From assembly GCA_937875785.1 (NCBI GenBank), contig CALEGV010000048.1:10593-74592 (forward strand): a stretch of 64,000 nucleotides of DNA, in the 5' to 3' direction. This DNA is from an uncultured Mollicutes bacterium (lineage in GTDB: Bacteria > Bacillota_I > Bacilli_A > ML615J-28 > CAG-313). Below are positions 59,685 to 64,000 of this stretch, piece after piece. The notes under the pieces were generated by a model that saw only the letters and a list, made by a program, of their open reading frames with translations, was not told the origin of the DNA and made no database searches. The translations under genes and the position numbers were made by a program. Numbering within the stretch: position 1 is the stretch's first letter; each line of letters opens with the position of its first letter.

Positions 59685-61199
59685 ATGAACAAAAAAGATG
59701 TTATATTGGAATTAGTTGATGTGAACAAAAAATTTGAGGATAGTTATGCTGTGGAAAATTTTAATCTTTATGTGAAAAAAGGAGAATTTATTACTTTTCT
59801 TGGACCATCAGGTTGTGGGAAAACGACAACACTTAGAATGATTGCTGGTCTTGAAATGCCGACAAGTGGGAAGATTCTTTTGAATGGTCAAGATATTGCA
59901 CAGTTTCCACCTTATAAGAGACCACTAAATACAGTTTTTCAAAGATATGCCTTATTTCAACATTTAGATGTTTATGATAATATTGCCTTTGGATTAAAAT
60001 TAAAGAAAATACCATATGAAGTCACAAACAAAACAGGAAAAGTTGTAACAAAATATCGAAAATATACTCGTGATGAAATTGATGAAAAAGTGACCAAAGC
60101 TTTAAAAATAGTTGATCTTGAATCGTTTGAAACACGAAATGTAACGACTCTTTCTGGAGGACAACAACAACGAGTTGCTATTGCTAGAGCAATTGTCAAT
60201 GAACCCGAAATTCTTCTTTTGGATGAACCACTTGGGGCTCTTGATTTAAAAATGCGAAAAGAAATGCAATTGGAATTGAAAGAAATGCATAGAAAGTTAG
60301 GAATTACCTTTATATATGTCACTCATGATCAAGAAGAGGCATTAACGATGTCAGATACAATTGTAATTATGAAAGATGGACAAATTCAGCAAATTGGTAC
60401 TCCTATGGATATTTATAATGAACCTAAAAATGCTTTTGTTGCAGATTTTATAGGTGAATCTAATATTTATGTTGGAACAATGATTGGCGAAAAAAAGGTT
60501 CGGTTTTTAGGTGCAACTTGGGATTGCGTTGATGACTTTCCTCAAAATGAGAAAGTAGATGTAGTTGTGCGACCAGAAGATATTATGATTCATCCTATTG
60601 GTGAAGGTGTTGTGAAAGCTAAAATTGTGAATAAAATTTTTAAGGGGATACACTATCAGTTTACTGCTATGGTGGGGAATAATGAAGTATTAATTCAATC
60701 AACTGTTGATCATCAAATAAATGCCGATGTCTCCCTTACTATTGATGCGGATTTAATTCAAATTATGAAACGTGAGTATACCACAAATATTTATGAAGAT
60801 GCATATATTAATAAAAATAATAAAGTGGTGTTTGCTGGAGCGACATGGGATTGTGATATTACTCAACTTGTTCCTGGGTCTCACATAGATGAAAAAGACT
60901 ATTTTATTACACCTAATGGGAAACAATATGACTTAACTGATTTAGATGTGATTGCAGAAGTAGATTTAAAAGATGTTGAAATAAGTGATGATTTGGAGAC
61001 TGGAAATATTACGGGGCAAATTGTTCAAATGGTTTGGAAAGGTGACCACTATCAATTAATTGTTAGAACAGAAGATGAGGAAGATTTTGTATTAGATACA
61101 GAATGGACATGGAATGAGTTAGATACTGTGAGTATCAAAATTAATCCTGATAAAATTAGGTTAAAATTAAAGGATGATTTATCTAAATATGAAATTTAA
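59685..61199 (+). CDS. potA: Spermidine/putrescine ABC transporter ATP-binding protein with duplicated C-terminal regulatory domain
   Basis: Walker A GPSGCGKTT, signature LSGGQQQRVAIARA and Walker B LLLDEPLGALD. The C-terminal extension carries the GATWDC motif twice. Confidence 0.85.
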   Translation: MNKKDVILELVDVNKKFEDSYAVENFNLYVKKGEFITFLGPSGCGKTTTLRMIAGLEMPTSGKILLNGQDIAQFPPYKRPLNTVFQRYALFQHLDVYDNIAFGLKLKKIPYEVTNKTGKVVTKYRKYTRDEIDEKVTKALKIVDLESFETRNVTTLSGGQQQRVAIARAIVNEPEILLLDEPLGALDLKMRKEMQLELKEMHRKLGITFIYVTHDQEEALTMSDTIVIMKDGQIQQIGTPMDIYNEPKNAFVADFIGESNIYVGTMIGEKKVRFLGATWDCVDDFPQNEKVDVVVRPEDIMIHPIGEGVVKAKIVNKIFKGIHYQFTAMVGNNEVLIQSTVDHQINADVSLTIDADLIQIMKREYTTNIYEDAYINKNNKVVFAGATWDCDITQLVPGSHIDEKDYFITPNGKQYDLTDLDVIAEVDLKDVEISDDLETGNITGQIVQMVWKGDHYQLIVRTEDEEDFVLDTEWTWNELDTVSIKINPDKIRLKLKDDLSKYEI

Positions 61200-61980
61200 A
61201 CGTAAATATTTATCAATACCTTATCTTTTATTTCTCATTTGTTTTGTCATCATTCCAGTATTCTTTATTCTTTATTATGCCTTTACAAATAAAGGAGGCT
61301 CCTTCTCATTTGCTAATTTTAAGAAATTTTTCGCTGATTCGACAAATGTAAATGTTTTATTGATTTCCTTTGTTTATGCTATTTTAAACACAATAATTTG
61401 TTTACTTATTGGCTATCCACTCGCTATGATTTTAGCGAACAAAAAATATAATAAATCATCTGTTTTGGTTATGCTATTTATTTTGCCAATGTGGATTAAT
61501 TTCATAATCAGAACTAGTGCTACACGTGATGTTTTAAATTGGATTGGAATATCAACTGGTGCTCATTCAAACCTTACAACAATGATTGGGTTGGTATACA
61601 ATTATTTACCATTCGTTATTTTACCACTATATACAACAATGTTAAAAATGGATAAATCACAAATTGAGGCAAGTTATGATCTTGGGGCAAATGGATTTAA
61701 AACTTTCTTTAAAGTAATTATTCCTATGACAATGCCAGGGATTGTTTCTGCGGCAACAATGGTATTTATGCCAACGCTATCTTCATATGTTATTTCTGAT
61801 ATTTTATCCGAATATAATGTTGTTTTATTTGGTAGTTACATTGATTTATACTTTAATCAAGCTGATTGGAATTTCGGTTCATTTATGGCACTAATTATGT
61901 TAGTATTAATTGGAATTAGTGTTTTAATAAGCAGAAAATTCTCTAAAGATGAAACAGGAGGACGTCCATCAATATGGTAA
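61189..61980 (+). CDS. potB: Spermidine/putrescine ABC transporter permease
   Basis: 6-TM permease containing the EAA-like loop (ASYDLGANGFKTFFKVIIP). Confidence 0.8.
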   Translation: MKFKRKYLSIPYLLFLICFVIIPVFFILYYAFTNKGGSFSFANFKKFFADSTNVNVLLISFVYAILNTIICLLIGYPLAMILANKKYNKSSVLVMLFILPMWINFIIRTSATRDVLNWIGISTGAHSNLTTMIGLVYNYLPFVILPLYTTMLKMDKSQIEASYDLGANGFKTFFKVIIPMTMPGIVSAATMVFMPTLSSYVISDILSEYNVVLFGSYIDLYFNQADWNFGSFMALIMLVLIGISVLISRKFSKDETGGRPSIW

Positions 61981-62792
61981 AACATTCTAAAATTAAAAAA
62001 ATACTCGCCATTGGATATTTAGTATTCATTCTTATATTGATGTATCTACCTATATTAGTTTTAGTGGTTTACTCATTTACTGAAACTGATCAACTTGGAA
62101 TCTGGGATGGATTCTCCTTCCAATTATATAAAGATTTATTTGCAAATAAAGCCCTAATGGAAGCAACTCGGAATACAATTGTTATAGCTTTAGTATCAGC
62201 TATTGTCTCTACTCTTCTTGGAACAATGGGAGCAATTGGCTCATTTTATTCTAATCGCCGTTATAAAAAGGGTGTGGAGTTAATGACACAAGTACCAGTT
62301 GTCAATGCGGAAATCGTTATGGCTCTATCTCTTGCTATTTTATTCAAAGTATTAAATGCAAAATATACGTTTACAACCCTATTGATAGGGCATGTTGTGC
62401 TAACTGTTGCATTTGTTTATCTAAATGTTAAACCAAAGCTTACACAAATGGATCCGAATATTTATGAAGCAGCATTAGATCTTGGGGCAACCCCATGGTA
62501 TGCTTTGTTCAAAGTTGTTCTTCCAGAAATTTTACCTGGAATATTTTCAGGATTCTTGATTTCCATCACTTTATCATTAGATGATTTTGTAATTACACAA
62601 TATTTAAAAGAACCATCTTTTGAAACTATTTCTACTTATATTCAAAAAATAGTTGCTAAACACCCTATTCCTCCTGAAGTTAGAGCTTTAAGCACGATTT
62701 TATTTGTCATTGTTCTAGGTGTTGTTTTAGGTATTACTATTTATAATAATAAGAAAGCTGAAAAAATTATTAAGTATCGGGGGAAAAAGTAA
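61974..62792 (+). CDS. potC: Spermidine/putrescine ABC transporter permease
   Basis: 6-TM permease with EAALDLGATPWYALFKVVLP. Confidence 0.85.
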   Translation: MVKHSKIKKILAIGYLVFILILMYLPILVLVVYSFTETDQLGIWDGFSFQLYKDLFANKALMEATRNTIVIALVSAIVSTLLGTMGAIGSFYSNRRYKKGVELMTQVPVVNAEIVMALSLAILFKVLNAKYTFTTLLIGHVVLTVAFVYLNVKPKLTQMDPNIYEAALDLGATPWYALFKVVLPEILPGIFSGFLISITLSLDDFVITQYLKEPSFETISTYIQKIVAKHPIPPEVRALSTILFVIVLGVVLGITIYNNKKAEKIIKYRGKK

Positions 62793-64000
62793 TGAAAAAA
62801 ATATATTTAACTCTGATATTTAGTATAATGGTAACTTCTACCTTTAGTGTAAAACTCAAGGCAGCGGGCAAAAAATATGAAGGAATGACATTAACCATTT
62901 TCAATGTTGAAGACTATATTTCACAAGGAGTAGATGGTAGCGTTGATATTATTTCCAATTTTGAAGAAGAATATGGAGTAAAAGTGAATTATTACACGTA
63001 TGACACAAATGAAACAATGTATAATCAATTTACTCTTCAAAAGGAAGGGACTTATGACTTGATTTGTACTTCTGATTATATGATACAAAGAATGATCAAA
63101 GAAGGTTTAGTTGAACCAATGGGTGATTATAAGGAGCATATTCCTAATTATGAAAATTTTGCCGCAAGTGTTCTTCGAGATAAATTGAAGGCAATGGAAG
63201 TCACGCTTCCAAGTGGAAAAATAGTGAATCTAGATGAATACGCAGTAGGATATATGTGGGGAACCTTAGGAATTGTATATGATCCAACTTGTAGTGATAC
63301 AATTCAAGAAGATGTGAAGTCCTGGGATGTTTTTTGGGATCCAACTTATAAAGATTTAATATCTATTAAAAATTCTATACGTGATGCTTTTGTGACAGGA
63401 CTTATGCACTCATATAGCAAATCTAGTGCCTATCAAGAAGCAATGTATGCATATCTAGATAACCCTACGATAGAAAATTGCCAAAGATATAATGAAATGA
63501 TTCAAGATATTTTTGATTTTAAATTAGATGGTAGTAGTGAAAGTGATATCGAAAACAAGGAAAAAATTGCTAAAGTGAAAGAAGAATTAATTTCAATGAA
63601 GAAGAATATTTTTGGTTTTGAAGTAGATTCGGGGAAAAACGATATTATTACAGGAAAAATCAAATTAAATTTGGCATATTCTGGTGATGCTGTTTATTCC
63701 ATTTCCACCGCTAGCGAGCATGATATTACTTTAGAATACTATGTGCCTGAAGATGGTAGCAATATCTGGTATGATGCTTGGACTCTTCCTAAAGGAGCAA
63801 ATAGAGAACTTGCATATCTTTTCTTAAATTATTTATCAGATCCAGTTAATGCAGCAGATAATATGGATTATATCGGGTATACACCGTATATCGTTAGTGA
63901 TGAATTATTCACACTTACAAGCACTTGGTATGGAGCAGCTGATTATTGTGTTACAACAGCTTATTATGCACCAGTAGAGGAAGATTTATCTGATGAAACA
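62792..64000 (+). CDS. potD: Spermidine/putrescine-binding lipoprotein/periplasmic protein (3' end outside window)
   Basis: ATG overlaps the potC stop (TAATG). Signal peptide and PotD-like substrate-binding fold. Read to the window end; I did not fully verify the absence of stops in this frame by eye, but the track lists no other long ORF here. Confidence 0.7.
   Translation, partial: MKKIYLTLIFSIMVTSTFSVKLKAAGKKYEGMTLTIFNVEDYISQGVDGSVDIISNFEEEYGVKVNYYTYDTNETMYNQFTLQKEGTYDLICTSDYMIQRMIKEGLVEPMGDYKEHIPNYENFAASVLRDKLKAMEVTLPSGKIVNLDEYAVGYMWGTLGIVYDPTCSDTIQEDVKSWDVFWDPTYKDLISIKNSIRDAFVTGLMHSYSKSSAYQEAMYAYLDNPTIENCQRYNEMIQDIFDFKLDGSSESDIENKEKIAKVKEELISMKKNIFGFEVDSGKNDIITGKIKLNLAYSGDAVYSISTASEHDITLEYYVPEDGSNIWYDAWTLPKGANRELAYLFLNYLSDPVNAADNMDYIGYTPYIVSDELFTLTSTWYGAADYCVTTAYYAPVEEDLSDET

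Noticed and set aside
1-64000. CRISPR arrays, rRNA or tRNA genes, and IS/transposase or integrase genes.
   Set aside because: No direct-repeat/spacer periodicity, no tRNA-like or rRNA-like segments and no transposase or integrase-like ORFs were seen on either strand.

Overview
This is a low-GC (about 30% GC) Firmicutes/Bacilli-type chromosomal segment. Almost all genes are on the plus strand, and several starts are TTG or GTG. In order, the window holds:
- a glycogen operon, glgC (5' partial)-glgD-glgA-glgP, then pfkA, a signal-peptide surface protein with four Ig-like repeats, metG, a CPA-type antiporter and a YitT-family membrane protein;
- the conserved Bacillus-type cluster rplM-rpsI, a small membrane ORF, cysS-mrnC-rlmB, a SigH-like sigma factor, rpmG-secE-nusG, four inserted accessory genes (MBL hydrolase, DUF1294, tandem GNAT, DUF308-like), then rplK-rplA-rplJ-rplL-ybxB-rpoB-rpoC;
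- a PriA homolog that has lost its ATPase motifs, directly upstream of fmt, an unknown 180-aa ORF, sdaA (single-chain L-serine dehydratase), rlmD, and an overlapping Nudix-mutY pair;
- a lipoprotein serpin and a secreted Big_2/Ig-like protein;
- a decayed-looking region carrying two paralogous minus-strand XRE regulators, divergent from a Y-family DNA polymerase with a possible YolD-like partner gene;
- a GNAT and an Fe-alcohol dehydrogenase;
- a DUF2130-like coiled-coil protein directly upstream of a short AddB-like nuclease and an AddA helicase-nuclease;
- a PuuR-like HTH-cupin regulator with potABCD (potD runs off the 3' end).

I found no rRNA, tRNA or CRISPR. Three exact-consensus sigma-A promoters and several rho-independent terminators are visible. 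No obvious defence island is present. The most unusual items are the motif-less PriA, the mutagenesis cassette with duplicated repressors, the accessory insertion in the nusG-rplK junction, the DUF2130/AddB(short)/AddA module and the serpin.
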